The notes under the pieces were generated by a model. The model worked only from the letters and a program-made list of their open reading frames with translations. It did not search any database and had not been told where the DNA came from. This document shows, in pieces, positions 1 to 10,133 of a stretch of DNA of 64,000 nucleotides. Source of the DNA: an uncultured Acidobacteriota bacterium (GTDB lineage Bacteria > Acidobacteriota > Vicinamibacteria > Vicinamibacterales > UBA2999); the NCBI GenBank assembly GCA_963846425.1, contig CAWJVW010000007.1:13759-77758 (forward strand), read 5' to 3'. Position numbers and translations under genes: made by a program. Within the stretch, counting starts at the first letter, position 1, and each line of letters begins with the position of its first letter.

Positions 1-81
1 GACAAGGGCTTGTGGGTCGCGGGCCCCTATGGGGTAAAACCGTCGCGCCGATAACTCCCTGTTGCACAGACACTTGCCGGT

Positions 82-110
82 TTGACAGCGTAAGTGACTC
101 GAAATAAGAT
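82..110 (+). promoter_or_regulatory. sigma70-type promoter of the HU gene
   Basis: TTGACA (82-87), 17-nt spacer, TAAGAT (105-110), 30 nt upstream of ATG 141. Confidence 0.7.
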
Positions 111-140
111 AGTTAGGCGTCTCGACGCCCCTTTTTGCCC

Positions 141-410
141 ATGATCAAGGTTGATATCGTCAACGAAGTGTCGCGCTTGGCGGAGATCACCAAGGTCAAG
201 GCCGAGCTCGCCGTCGATGCGGTATTCGAGGCCATGCGGCATTCGATGCAGCGTGGCGAACGAATCGAGCTGCGGGGCTTCGGCGTGTTTCAGGTCAAGC
301 CCCGTAAGCGGGGCATTGGCCGTAACCCACGGACCGGTAAGGAAGTTCGCATCCCGCCTGGCCGGACGATTCGTTTCAAGCCCGGCAAAGAGCTTCAGAA
401 TATCGGGTAA
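141..410 (+). CDS. HU/IHF family DNA-binding protein
   Basis: MIKVDIV...IELRGFGVF...GRNPRTG...IRFKPGKEL signature; ATG at 141 preferred over TTG 135. Confidence 0.95.
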   Translation: MIKVDIVNEVSRLAEITKVKAELAVDAVFEAMRHSMQRGERIELRGFGVFQVKPRKRGIGRNPRTGKEVRIPPGRTIRFKPGKELQNIG

Positions 411-1331
411 TTGGATCCCCTTCCGCTCGCGATACCGAAGCAGGACCGTGTCTGGCTGCACGTCCTGTTGCTGCTGCTCACCGTGCTCACCACGACGGCG
501 GTTGGTGCGCTTCACTTCTTCGCGTTCTCGCAGGGGTTTGGGAGCAGTGCGCAGGTCGTCCCACCGTTTCGAGACTACTCGTTCTGGCTGAGCGGCTTTT
601 GGTATAGCGGAACTATTCTCGCGATCCTCGGGTGTCACGAGATGGGGCACTACGTCGCCTGCCGCTACTACAACGTGGACGCGTCACTACCCTTTTTCCT
701 GCCGGCGCCGCTTCCGCTCACCGGTACCATCGGGGCCTTCATCCGCATTCGCCAGCGGATCCCATCGAAGGTCGCGTTGTTCGATATCGGGATCGCGGGA
801 CCGATTGCCGGATTCATCGTTGCGGTACCGACGTTGTTCATGGGACTCACGATGTCGGCGATTGAAGCCCTTCCCGAAGACTTCACAGGCGTGGAATTGG
901 GTGAGCCGCTCCTGTTCCAGGCGGCTGCCTGGCTGGTGTGGGGCGATTTGCCGGACACCATGTCGATCAACATGCATCCCATGGCGTTTGCGTCATGGTT
1001 CGGTCTGCTTGCCACGGCGCTCAATCTCTTTCCGATCGGGCAACTGGACGGCGGGCACGTGACGTATGCGGTGCTCGGCCGGCGATCGGCGTTCGTGACG
1101 ATTGCGATGGTGCTGGTGGCGATCGGTCTCGCTGTCTTTTCGGCAGGCTGGATTGTCTGGACCATTCTGTTGCTGGTGATGGTCCTCGTCATGGGCCCAC
1201 ATCACCCACCGACGCTCAACGACTCGATGGAAATGGACCGTTCGCGTTTCATCCTCGCGTGCATTGCCCTGTTGATGCTAATCGTGTGTTTCACTCCGGC
1301 ACCGATCGAGCCGTTCGTGACGGGACAATGA
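411..1331 (+). CDS. Site-2 protease (peptidase M50) intramembrane metalloprotease
   Basis: HEMGH zinc motif, IAGP, NLFPIGQLDGGH; many hydrophobic segments. Confidence 0.93.
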   Translation: MDPLPLAIPKQDRVWLHVLLLLLTVLTTTAVGALHFFAFSQGFGSSAQVVPPFRDYSFWLSGFWYSGTILAILGCHEMGHYVACRYYNVDASLPFFLPAPLPLTGTIGAFIRIRQRIPSKVALFDIGIAGPIAGFIVAVPTLFMGLTMSAIEALPEDFTGVELGEPLLFQAAAWLVWGDLPDTMSINMHPMAFASWFGLLATALNLFPIGQLDGGHVTYAVLGRRSAFVTIAMVLVAIGLAVFSAGWIVWTILLLVMVLVMGPHHPPTLNDSMEMDRSRFILACIALLMLIVCFTPAPIEPFVTGQ

Positions 1332-1574
1332 CAGGACGCGCGGTCACTACGGCGCAGGACGGGCGGCTGCCTGTAACCCCCGCAGGACCCGCCTGGCCTT
1401 CGGCCGGCGGGCAGGACGCGCGCCGTCAGGCGCGCGACAGGGCCCTCAGTTCCTAAAGGGTTTCCACGCGGCCGCCGAACGGCGGCCGTCGTGCTTCCGA
1501 GCGGAGCGAGGAAGTCCGGCGCGGCGCTGAAAGCCGCCGCGCCCTGCGAGGGCCGCGCGGCAGCCGAGTCCTAC
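1332..1574. repeat. Cluster of GC-rich REP-like hairpins between convergent genes
   Basis: CCCGCCTGGCC-TTCG-GCCGGCGGG, GCGCGCC-GTCA-GGCGCGC, CGGCCGCCG-AA-CGGCGGCCG, GCGCGGCG-CTGAAAGC-CGCCGCGC; four CAGGAC starts. Confidence 0.7.
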
Positions 1575-3817
1575 AGAACACTGATCGGGTCGACGTCCAC
1601 CGCCGCCTTCCGCGCGACTTCGGGCATTGCGGCCAGCGCTTCGCCGAGCGCTTTCCGCATCGCCGCGCGTGACGTGCCTTTCAAGAAGAACTGCGCGCGG
1701 TGTTCGCCTCGGAGGCGCGTCAACGGTGCGGGCGCGGGACCGAGAATCACGAATCCACCTCCGGGCTGTGAGCACTCGTTCGTCATGCGCGCGAGATCTG
1801 CCGCGGCGCTCATGGCGCCGTCGTAGGTCTTGCCTCGCACCACAACATTCACGAGGGCGATCACTGGCGGATAGCGCATCGCCCGGCGAAACCCAATCTC
1901 CTTCTCGAAGAACGCCGTGTACTCCTGCACGGTTGCCAGTCGAATGCTGTAGTGGCCGGGGAACAGCGTTTGGATGATCGCCTCACCCGTCTCATTTCCG
2001 CGGCCCGCGCGCCCTGCAACTTGGGTGAGGAGCTGAAACGTGCGCTCCGCGGCGCGAAAATCGGCAATTCCGAGGCCGACATCCGCCGAGATCACGCCCA
2101 CGAGCGTCACCCGTGGAAAATCATGCCCTTTCGCAATCATCTGTGTGCCAACGAGGACATCGAGTTCCTGGCGTCCGAAGCGTTGCAATAGATTGGTCAG
2201 GCTTCCACGTCGTCTGACGGTATCGCGATCGACGCGGCCCACGCGAGCCTGCGGGAAGAGAGACATGATCTCGGATTCCACGCGTGCGGTACCAAACCCA
2301 ATATGTTCGAGGTATGGCGCCGCGCAGTTCAGACACTGCCTGGGCACCACTCGCGAGTAGTTGCAATAGTGGCACCGCGCATGCCATCGCTGACGGCTTG
2401 AATGAACCGTCAGCGACACGCTGCAGTTTGGGCAGTCGATCGTGCTCCCACACTGGCGGCAGAATACAGACGTCGCATATCCACGACGATTGAGCAGGAC
2501 CAGCATCTGTTCGCGACGATCAAACCTCTGCTGCATCGCCTCGCGGAGCGGCCGCGAGAGGATCACATCCGGCCCTTCATCGGCGTACTCCTCGCGCATG
2601 TTCACCACGCGCACCGTCGCCAGTGCTCGGTCGTAGACGCGCCGTGGCAGCGTGACTGTCGTGTAACGTCGCTGCTGCGCGTTGAAGAACGACTCCATCG
2701 AGGGTGTCGCCGAGCCCAGGACGACGAGCGCGCCGGCGAACTTTCCGCGCATCACGGCCACGTCCCGTCCGTGATAGCGCGGCGTTTCTTCCTGTTTGTA
2801 GGAAGAGTCGTGCTCCTCATCAACGATGATGAGTCCCGGTGTGGCCAGTGGCGCGAAGATCGCCGACCGCGTGCCGATGACCACATCGACTTCGCCACGA
2901 CGAATGCGATGCCACTGATCATGACGTTCGCCGTCCGAGAGACCGCTGTGTTGGATCGCCACGCGCGTACCGAAGCGCGCCCGAAAGGCGGCAGCAACAG
3001 ACGGCGTCAGGGCGATCTCGGGCACGAGCATCAAAACGCCTCGACCGGAGCGCCGCACGCGATCGGCCAGGCGCAAATAGACTTCAGTCTTCCCGCTGCC
3101 GGTGACACCGTGCAGGAGCGCGACGTGAAACGCGCGCGTCTCGGCCAACTGCTCGAGTTCGTCGACCGCACGCTGTTGGTCGGCCGTCAGCTCACGCCCC
3201 TCGTGATCGTTCTGCTCGGCTATCATCACGCCGTCCGCAGCAAACGGATCGCGCTCGACACGCTCTTTGCGGATCGCGACCAGCCCCATGCTCTTCAGGC
3301 GTGACACGACAGCTGCCGAGATGCCCCGACTCGCGAGCATCGATGCGTTGAGACCGTCGGGGGCGCCCTTCAGCACCTGCAGTGCTTCCTGTTGGCGCGG
3401 ACCCACCAAAACGGGGTCGGTTGACCGGCTGGCGACGTCCAGCCCCTCGGCGGTGAGTCCGACGACGCGAACCGTGCGAAAGGTGTCTGTCCGATTCGTC
3501 AGTGCCTGCGGCGGCATTGCGGCCGCGAGGCTTGCCCCCGGGCCAGCCAGGTAGTAGTCGGACACCCATTCGGTCAGTTGCAGCACGTCGGCGGGAAGAA
3601 ACGCCGTATCGTCGAGAATCTCCAACACATCCCGGAGCACGAAGTCTCTCTCCGGCACCGAGGCCTCACCGGTCACGACGCCCGTCAGCCGGCGAGTGCC
3701 AAGCGGCACGACGACACGCGCGCCAGGAACGGGCGTCGGGTACGTGTCTGGAACGCGATAGGTGAGCAAATCCAAGGCGGGGACAGGGACCGCCACTGCC
3801 ACGAGGCGTGCCGCCAC
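1571..3817 (-). CDS. priA: Primosomal protein N' (replication restart helicase)
   Basis: GVTGSGKT Walker A, DEEH, CxxC-rich Zn region, QVAGRAGR. Confidence 0.97.
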   Translation of the reverse strand: MAARLVAVAVPVPALDLLTYRVPDTYPTPVPGARVVVPLGTRRLTGVVTGEASVPERDFVLRDVLEILDDTAFLPADVLQLTEWVSDYYLAGPGASLAAAMPPQALTNRTDTFRTVRVVGLTAEGLDVASRSTDPVLVGPRQQEALQVLKGAPDGLNASMLASRGISAAVVSRLKSMGLVAIRKERVERDPFAADGVMIAEQNDHEGRELTADQQRAVDELEQLAETRAFHVALLHGVTGSGKTEVYLRLADRVRRSGRGVLMLVPEIALTPSVAAAFRARFGTRVAIQHSGLSDGERHDQWHRIRRGEVDVVIGTRSAIFAPLATPGLIIVDEEHDSSYKQEETPRYHGRDVAVMRGKFAGALVVLGSATPSMESFFNAQQRRYTTVTLPRRVYDRALATVRVVNMREEYADEGPDVILSRPLREAMQQRFDRREQMLVLLNRRGYATSVFCRQCGSTIDCPNCSVSLTVHSSRQRWHARCHYCNYSRVVPRQCLNCAAPYLEHIGFGTARVESEIMSLFPQARVGRVDRDTVRRRGSLTNLLQRFGRQELDVLVGTQMIAKGHDFPRVTLVGVISADVGLGIADFRAAERTFQLLTQVAGRAGRGNETGEAIIQTLFPGHYSIRLATVQEYTAFFEKEIGFRRAMRYPPVIALVNVVVRGKTYDGAMSAAADLARMTNECSQPGGGFVILGPAPAPLTRLRGEHRAQFFLKGTSRAAMRKALGEALAAMPEVARKAAVDVDPISVL

Positions 3818-3823
3818 GTGACT

Positions 3824-4600
3824 TTACTCGTCGCCCTGCAGGATGGCCCGCGCCTTTTTCATGTCTTCCCACACCTCCCGCTTGGATGACGGATTGCGGA
3901 GCAGATAGGCCGGATGGAAAGTTGGAATGAGCGACGCACCGCGGTAGTTGAACACGCGTCCCCGTAACCGGGTGATCGGATCCGTCGTCTTGAGCAACGA
4001 CTGCGCAGCAAACTTGCCCAGCGCAATCACGACCTTGGGCTTGATGGCGTCAACCTGGCGAAACAGGAACGGCTCGCACGTATCGACTTCATCTGGCTCA
4101 GGATTGCGATTGCCCGGCGGCCGGCATTTGATGACGTTTGCGATGTAGACCTGATCGCGGGTCAATCCGATGGCCTCGATGATCTTCGTCAGGAGCTGTC
4201 CCGCGCGCCCGACGAATGGCTCCCCCTGCTCATCTTCATCCGCGCCAGGAGCTTCGCCGACAAACATCAGATCGGCGTCGGGGTTGCCGACCCCGAATAC
4301 GACCTGCTTACGTCCCAGAGCGTGGAGCTTGCAACGCGTACAGGCCGGGCCAATCTCCTCCTTGAGGACCCCGAGAAGGCGTCCACCATCGACCTCCGAG
4401 GTCACCGGCAACCTCCGTCCTCGCTCACCGGCACGAGCTGTTTCAGCCATTTGTTCGGCCGTCTCGGTGACGTCGAGGACGGAGGTCGACAAAGAGGACG
4501 GAGGTCGCACCGGCCTCGTGCGCCACGCGGGATCACGACTCACACCGGTAATGCCCAGCTCCTCGAAGAATCTGATGTGTTCGCGCAGGTCTTGCGACAT
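3824..4600 (-). CDS. Uracil-DNA glycosylase family 4 (Fe-S) with repeat-derived N-terminal linker
   Basis: [30 protein letters not shown] motifs. Confidence 0.93.
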   Translation of the reverse strand: MSQDLREHIRFFEELGITGVSRDPAWRTRPVRPPSSLSTSVLDVTETAEQMAETARAGERGRRLPVTSEVDGGRLLGVLKEEIGPACTRCKLHALGRKQVVFGVGNPDADLMFVGEAPGADEDEQGEPFVGRAGQLLTKIIEAIGLTRDQVYIANVIKCRPPGNRNPEPDEVDTCEPFLFRQVDAIKPKVVIALGKFAAQSLLKTTDPITRLRGRVFNYRGASLIPTFHPAYLLRNPSSKREVWEDMKKARAILQGDE

Positions 4601-4605
4601 CGACG

Positions 4606-5859
4606 TCAGGCGCTCGTCTCGTCGTAACTCGCCGCTGGATTCGTGCGAACAGGGGCCGGCGTCGCCGACAGGAGCGCTTCGACGCGATCGAGAATCCGGG
4701 ACGCAACTGCCGTCTTCTGTTGCAGCGGCACCTCTTCGAGCCCGTCGCGGGACACAAGAGTCACGGCATTGGTTGGCACGTCAAACCCCACGCCGGGTTG
4801 TGACACGTCGTTGGCGACGACGAGATCCACGGCTTTGCGATCGAGCTTTTGCCGCGCGTGCGCAACCACGTCATGCGTTTCGGCAGCAAAACCGACGAGC
4901 AGCGGGCGACTCGTGTCCCGACGCGCTGCGAGTTGCCCTAAATCCCCGAGGATGTCTTTGGTTCGTGACAGGGTCAGCACCAGCGGTTCATCGCGCTTGG
5001 CGATTTTCTGACCGCCGGGACTGCTGATGGTGTAGTCCGCGACAGCGGCCGCCATCACGATGACATCCATAACGGCGGCTCGCGAGAGAACTGCGTGATG
5101 CATCTCGGCGGCGCTCCGCACCGGGACGGTCTCCTCCGTCTTGGGCGGCTCGAGGCTGGTCGGTCCTGACACGAGCGTGACCCGGGCGCCGCGCCGTGTG
5201 GCTTCGGCGGCGATGGCGTACCCCATGCGGCCGCTGGATCGATTCCCGATGAATCGCACAGGGTCGATATCTTCCAATGTTGGACCCGCCGTCACGAGGA
5301 CGCGGACCCCGGCCAAAGGCCCCTTGGGGCGCAGCACCCGCTGCGCAGCCTCAACGACGTCGGCCGGTTCCGCGAGGCGTCCCTTGCCGATCCACCCGCA
5401 CGCCAGATACCCTTCGCCCGGCTCGACAAACGTCACGCCGCGAGACGCAAGCGTCTGGAAGTTTCGGACGACGGCTGGGTGCGCGAACATATTCGAGTTC
5501 ATGGCTGGCGCCATCAGGACCGGCGCCGTCGTCGCCAGATACAGCGACGACAAGAAATCGTCCGCGATGCCGTTGGCAAACTTGCCGATGACGTTGGCCG
5601 TCGCCGGCGCCACGAGCAGCAAGTCGGCCGATGAGGCGAGCGCGATGTGCTCGATGTCGGCGTTGGCGCCGGGCTTCCATTGGTCCGTGACAACTTCGTG
5701 CCGCGTGATGGCTTCGAAGGTCACCGGTCCAACGAAGCGCCTGGCTGAACGCGTCATGATGGCCACGACGTCGTGTCCCTGCTTCTGCAGGCCGCGCGCG
5801 ATCTCGACCGCCTTGTAGGCGCCAATACCGCCGGACACCCCGAGTGCAATGAGTGACAT
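4606..5859 (-). CDS. coaBC: Bifunctional phosphopantothenoylcysteine decarboxylase/ligase
   Basis: [49 protein letters not shown]. Confidence 0.97.
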   Translation of the reverse strand: MSLIALGVSGGIGAYKAVEIARGLQKQGHDVVAIMTRSARRFVGPVTFEAITRHEVVTDQWKPGANADIEHIALASSADLLLVAPATANVIGKFANGIADDFLSSLYLATTAPVLMAPAMNSNMFAHPAVVRNFQTLASRGVTFVEPGEGYLACGWIGKGRLAEPADVVEAAQRVLRPKGPLAGVRVLVTAGPTLEDIDPVRFIGNRSSGRMGYAIAAEATRRGARVTLVSGPTSLEPPKTEETVPVRSAAEMHHAVLSRAAVMDVIVMAAAVADYTISSPGGQKIAKRDEPLVLTLSRTKDILGDLGQLAARRDTSRPLLVGFAAETHDVVAHARQKLDRKAVDLVVANDVSQPGVGFDVPTNAVTLVSRDGLEEVPLQQKTAVASRILDRVEALLSATPAPVRTNPAASYDETSA

Positions 5860-5861
5860 GG

Positions 5862-6491
5862 TCAGCTTCCAGCCCGAAAGCTCGTGAGGATCTGTTCGGC
5901 CATCGGCTTCATCCGATGCGTGCGCGACCGTTCGGCGGCGATGATTTCCTGCAGCCGCATCACGGTCGGTTCCAGATCGTCGTTGACGACAACGTAGTCG
6001 TAGTCCACGTAGCTCGAGGCCTCGCCGCGCGCTGTGTCGAGTCGGCGCTGCATCTCGGCCTCCGAATCCTTGCTGCGTCCCCGCAGGCGTTGTTCGAGAA
6101 CCTGGAAGGACGGCGGCATCACGAAGATGGAGGTGTGGTCGGCACCACGCGCCTTGACCTGTCGCGCTCCCTGCACATCGATGACCAGGACGACGTCCTG
6201 ACCGTCAGCCACGAGGTGCTCGACGTCGGCCGCGACAGTCCCGTAATAGTTGCCGAACACATCGGCCCATTCGAGGAAATCGCAATCCTTGATTCGGCGT
6301 TCGAACGCTTCGCGACTGATGAAATTATAGTCCACGCCGTCACGCTCGCCATCACGCGCGGGACGTGACGTATATGACCTCGACATGCGAAGGTTGGGCA
6401 TGATCTGCACGAGTCGCTCGACCAGCGTCGTCTTCCCGGTGGCGGAAGGAGCGGACACGATGAAGAGCAGGCCGCGCCGGTTATTCGACAT
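5862..6491 (-). CDS. gmk: Guanylate kinase
   Basis: SAPSATGKTT, TSRPARDGERDGVDYNF, FGNYYGT, IDVQG. Confidence 0.95.
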   Translation of the reverse strand: MSNNRRGLLFIVSAPSATGKTTLVERLVQIMPNLRMSRSYTSRPARDGERDGVDYNFISREAFERRIKDCDFLEWADVFGNYYGTVAADVEHLVADGQDVVLVIDVQGARQVKARGADHTSIFVMPPSFQVLEQRLRGRSKDSEAEMQRRLDTARGEASSYVDYDYVVVNDDLEPTVMRLQEIIAAERSRTHRMKPMAEQILTSFRAGS

Positions 6492-7371
6492 TCTGAACCT
6501 GCTCCCGCATGCGTTCGAGCTCCGCTTTGGCCTGAATGATCAACTCTGACACGTGCAGGCCGTCGGCCTTCGAGCCGATGGTGTTCACTTCGCGGTTCAT
6601 TTCCTGCAGGAGAAAATCAAGTTTGCGGCCGCAGGGCTCCGGGCCGGCGACGAGCGCGTCCCAATGGGCGAGGTGGCCGCGAAACCGCGTCACTTCTTCG
6701 GTGATGTCCGATCGCTGCGCCACACGCACGATTTCCTGCGCGACGGCATTCGAGTCGGCAGGGGCAATGGCCATCAGGTCTTTCACGCGTTCCCCGAGCC
6801 GTGCCTGCAGATCCACGCGTCCCGCGTTGCTCGCGTCTGCCAAGCCGTCGATGAGCGTGCTGAGTACGGCCTTTCGGGCGCCAAGGTCTGCCGCCAGATG
6901 CTCGCCCTCGCGAACACGCATCGCTTCGAGTTGCTCAATTGCCAGATCGAGGGCCGCTTCGACCGAATCTCCGAGGATCCCACCAAGCGATTCAGCTTCG
7001 CCCACGCGGTCCCGAATCACAAACGCCTGAGGCATCCGCAACAGGTCACCGGGGGTGAGCTCCCCCTTGACGAGCCCCCGTTCGCGGGCGACGTCGATGG
7101 CGGCCGCGACGGCACGAGCGAATTCCTCCTGCAACTCGACCTGCGGCGTCGGTCCTTGACGCAGTTGGAGCGAGACGCCCAGCTCGATGCGGCCACGTGC
7201 CAGCCGCTTCTGCAGTTGAGTGCGCAGCCGGGTTTCAAGGTCCGCCAGCATCGATGGCAGACGAACTTGCAGATCGAGGAACCGGTGATTGACGGCGCGG
7301 ATCGTCAAGCCGATGCTGCCGCGCTCGTCGTCGTGGGTGAGCGAGGCAAAACCGGTCATGCTCTTGATCAT
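6481..7371 (-). CDS. yicC: YicC/YloC family endoribonuclease
   Basis: MIKSMTGF, VNHRFLD, GRKLDFLLQEMNREVNTIGSK, REQVQNVE. Confidence 0.95.
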   Translation of the reverse strand: MIKSMTGFASLTHDDERGSIGLTIRAVNHRFLDLQVRLPSMLADLETRLRTQLQKRLARGRIELGVSLQLRQGPTPQVELQEEFARAVAAAIDVARERGLVKGELTPGDLLRMPQAFVIRDRVGEAESLGGILGDSVEAALDLAIEQLEAMRVREGEHLAADLGARKAVLSTLIDGLADASNAGRVDLQARLGERVKDLMAIAPADSNAVAQEIVRVAQRSDITEEVTRFRGHLAHWDALVAGPEPCGRKLDFLLQEMNREVNTIGSKADGLHVSELIIQAKAELERMREQVQNVE

Positions 7372-9131
7372 GGAGTGCTTTCGGCTTTCTGTTTGCGGCT
7401 GTCGGCCCTGCCCTCGATCAGCTGCATATCGTGCAGCCGTGCATACACGCCTTTCCGAGCCATCAGATCGTCGTGGCGGCCGATTTCGGCAATGCGCCCG
7501 CGCTCGAGGACGATAATCCGATCTGCGCGTTGGACCGTTGACAGCCGATGCGCGATGACGAAGGACGTGCGATTGAGCATCAACGTCGTCAGCGCCTCTT
7601 GCACCAGCCGCTCGGACTCCGCGTCGAGCGCGGACGTCGCTTCGTCGAGAATCAGAATGGGCGAGTTCTTGAGCAACGCACGGGCAATTGCCAGCCGCTG
7701 GCGTTGACCGCCGGAAAGTCGCTGTCCCCGCTCTCCAATCGTCGATGCGTACGCGTCAGGCAGGGCCGTAATGAAGTCGTGAGCGTGAGCCGCTCTCGCG
7801 GCTGCTTCGATCTGCTCGCGAGTCGCGCCAGGTACGCCGTATGCAATGTTGTTGGCAATCGTGTCGTCAAACAGGACGGTGTCCTGCGTCACCATGCCGA
7901 TCTGATCGCGCAGCGATTTCAGCGTCACCTGGCGAATGTCGACGCCGTCGATGGCTATACACCCGGCCGTGACGTCATAAAACCGCGGAATGAGATTGAC
8001 CAGCGTCGTCTTGCCTGCACCGCTCCGCCCGACGATTGCAACCATCTGGCCGGCGCACACGCGGAACGACACGCCCTTGAGCGTGCTGCGCCCATGACCA
8101 TCTTCATATCCGAACACAACGTCGCGAAACTCGATGGCATCACGGAACGCTGGCAGCGGTGCGGCATCCACCGCCTCGCGTACTTCCGTGTGCAGATCGA
8201 GAACCTCGAAGATGCGCTCCAACGCGGCGGCAGCCTGCTGGAGGTTAGCGTTCACGCGACTGAGCTTCTTGACCGGCCCATACATCAGCAGTAAGGCCGC
8301 GACGAAGGAGGTGAATTCCCCCGCCGTCAGCCGGTTCATGGCAATTTCGCGACTGCCGTACCACAGTGCGCCGGCAATCGCGAACCCGCCGAGAAACTCC
8401 ATGAGCGGTGGCAGCACCGAGAGGATGCCTGTCACCTTCAAGTTGGTGCGATAGAGATCGCGCGCCGCCCGTTTGAATTTTGCGGCTTCTCGCGCTTCGG
8501 CACCAAACGCCTTCACAATCCGGTGCCCCGTGAACGCTTCGGCCGCGACATGTGACATCTGCTCCAACCGCTCCTGGCTCCGGCGCGTGACAGTCCGCAG
8601 ACGCTTCCCAAGCCGGACCAGCGGATAGATCGCCAACGGTGCTCCTGTCATGCAGAGCAGCGCGAGCCCGGTGTCGAAATACAGGAGAAGGGCTGCCAGC
8701 CCCACAATCGCGAGCGACTCACGCGCCAAATCTCCCAGCGTCTCGGCGACGGCCCGGTGCACCTGCGCGACATCGTTGTTGATCCGCGACAGCAGCGACC
8801 CGGTCGTGCGTCGCGAGAAGAACGCCGCCGACTGATTCAGCAAGTGGCGAAAGAGGTCATTGCGCAGCTTCATCACGACCCGGTGGCCGAGGTCGTCCAT
8901 CAAGTAACTGGAGAAATATCCGCCGACGCCCTTGAAGAAGTACGCAATCAGAATCGCTACGGCGACAAATTGCAGCGACGACTGATTGCGCAGCACATCA
9001 TCGATGATCGGCTTGATCAACCACGCCTGCGCCGCCGACGCCGCGCCGTACACCAACATCGCCAGCGTGGCGCCGGCGATGAGCAAGCGGTGCGGAGCCG
9101 CATAGCGGAGCAGGCGAAGGTACGTGTCCAT
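7368..9131 (-). CDS. msbA: MsbA-like ABC exporter (fused TMD-NBD)
   Basis: Six-TM N-half, GRSGAGKT, LSGGQRQR, ILDEATSALD, IAHRLST; start MDTY at 9131 overlaps galE stop (TGATG). Substrate not established. Confidence 0.85.
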   Translation of the reverse strand: MDTYLRLLRYAAPHRLLIAGATLAMLVYGAASAAQAWLIKPIIDDVLRNQSSLQFVAVAILIAYFFKGVGGYFSSYLMDDLGHRVVMKLRNDLFRHLLNQSAAFFSRRTTGSLLSRINNDVAQVHRAVAETLGDLARESLAIVGLAALLLYFDTGLALLCMTGAPLAIYPLVRLGKRLRTVTRRSQERLEQMSHVAAEAFTGHRIVKAFGAEAREAAKFKRAARDLYRTNLKVTGILSVLPPLMEFLGGFAIAGALWYGSREIAMNRLTAGEFTSFVAALLLMYGPVKKLSRVNANLQQAAAALERIFEVLDLHTEVREAVDAAPLPAFRDAIEFRDVVFGYEDGHGRSTLKGVSFRVCAGQMVAIVGRSGAGKTTLVNLIPRFYDVTAGCIAIDGVDIRQVTLKSLRDQIGMVTQDTVLFDDTIANNIAYGVPGATREQIEAAARAAHAHDFITALPDAYASTIGERGQRLSGGQRQRLAIARALLKNSPILILDEATSALDAESERLVQEALTTLMLNRTSFVIAHRLSTVQRADRIIVLERGRIAEIGRHDDLMARKGVYARLHDMQLIEGRADSRKQKAESTP

Positions 9132-10132
9132 CAAGATGACGCGGTGGTCCGGTATCCCTGTGGGTGTCCCTGGTGCCACTGCCATGCGTGTCGCACGATC
9201 AGCTCGAGATCAGCGTAGCGAGGCGTCCAGCCCAACTCGCGTTGAAGGCGACTGCTCGATGCGTACAGCGCCGCGGGATCGCCAGGACGGCGCGGCGCAG
9301 GCGTCCAGCGCACCGGCGAGCCCACGACCGCGCTCACGGTGTCGATCACCTGTTTGACAGAATGGGGGCGTCCAGTACCCGCATTGAATGCGCCCGAGGC
9401 CACACCGCTGTCCAGTGCGCGCAACGCACACACATGCGCGCCCGCCAGGTCGCCCACATGAATATAGTCGCGCAGACAGGTGCCGTCTGGCGTCGGATAG
9501 TCCTGCCCAAACACCTGAAGCGGGGCACCACCAGTCGCGGCGTCGATCGCCCGCGGGATGAGGTGAATCTCCGGGCTGTGATCTTCTCCCATCGTGCCGT
9601 CCGGATGAGCGCCCGCGGCATTGAAATAACGAAGAGCTATCCACCGCAGGCCGTTCGCTCGCTCCACGTGCGAAAGCGCGCGCTCAACCGCAAGCTTGGT
9701 TTCGCCGTACGCGTTAATCGGCCGTGTGAACTCCGTTTCCGTGATGGGGACCGTGGATGGCTCCCCGTATACCGCACATGTCGAGGAAAACACCAACCGC
9801 CTCACTCCGGATTCCGCCATCGCATCAAGGAGGGCGAGTGATCCCGCGACGTTGTTCTCGTAGTACCCGAGAGGATCGCGCACTGACTCGGGTACCGACA
9901 ACCAAGCCGCGAAGTGCATGACCGCGTCGATGGCATGCTCCTGCAGGATGCTGGTCACAATGGCCCGATCGTGAACACGCGCCTGCACGAGCGGCACGCC
10001 CGCCGCCACCGATTCTGCGTGGCCCGCGGACAGATCATCGAGGACGACGGCGGCGTGCCCCTCCGCAAGCAGAGCGCGAACGGCGTGACTGCCGATGTAC
10101 CCCGCCCCGCCGGTGACGAGGACGCGCGCCAC
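9131..10132 (-). CDS. galE: UDP-glucose 4-epimerase
   Basis: GGAGYIGSH, YGETK, LRYFNAAGA, DYPTPDGTCLRDYIHV. Confidence 0.95.
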   Translation of the reverse strand: MARVLVTGGAGYIGSHAVRALLAEGHAAVVLDDLSAGHAESVAAGVPLVQARVHDRAIVTSILQEHAIDAVMHFAAWLSVPESVRDPLGYYENNVAGSLALLDAMAESGVRRLVFSSTCAVYGEPSTVPITETEFTRPINAYGETKLAVERALSHVERANGLRWIALRYFNAAGAHPDGTMGEDHSPEIHLIPRAIDAATGGAPLQVFGQDYPTPDGTCLRDYIHVGDLAGAHVCALRALDSGVASGAFNAGTGRPHSVKQVIDTVSAVVGSPVRWTPAPRRPGDPAALYASSSRLQRELGWTPRYADLELIVRHAWQWHQGHPQGYRTTASS

Positions 10133-10133
10133 G

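Noticed and set aside
1328-1456. 42-codon ORF overlapping the site-2 protease stop (ATGA)
   Set aside because: Made entirely of hairpin repeats; no protein-like features
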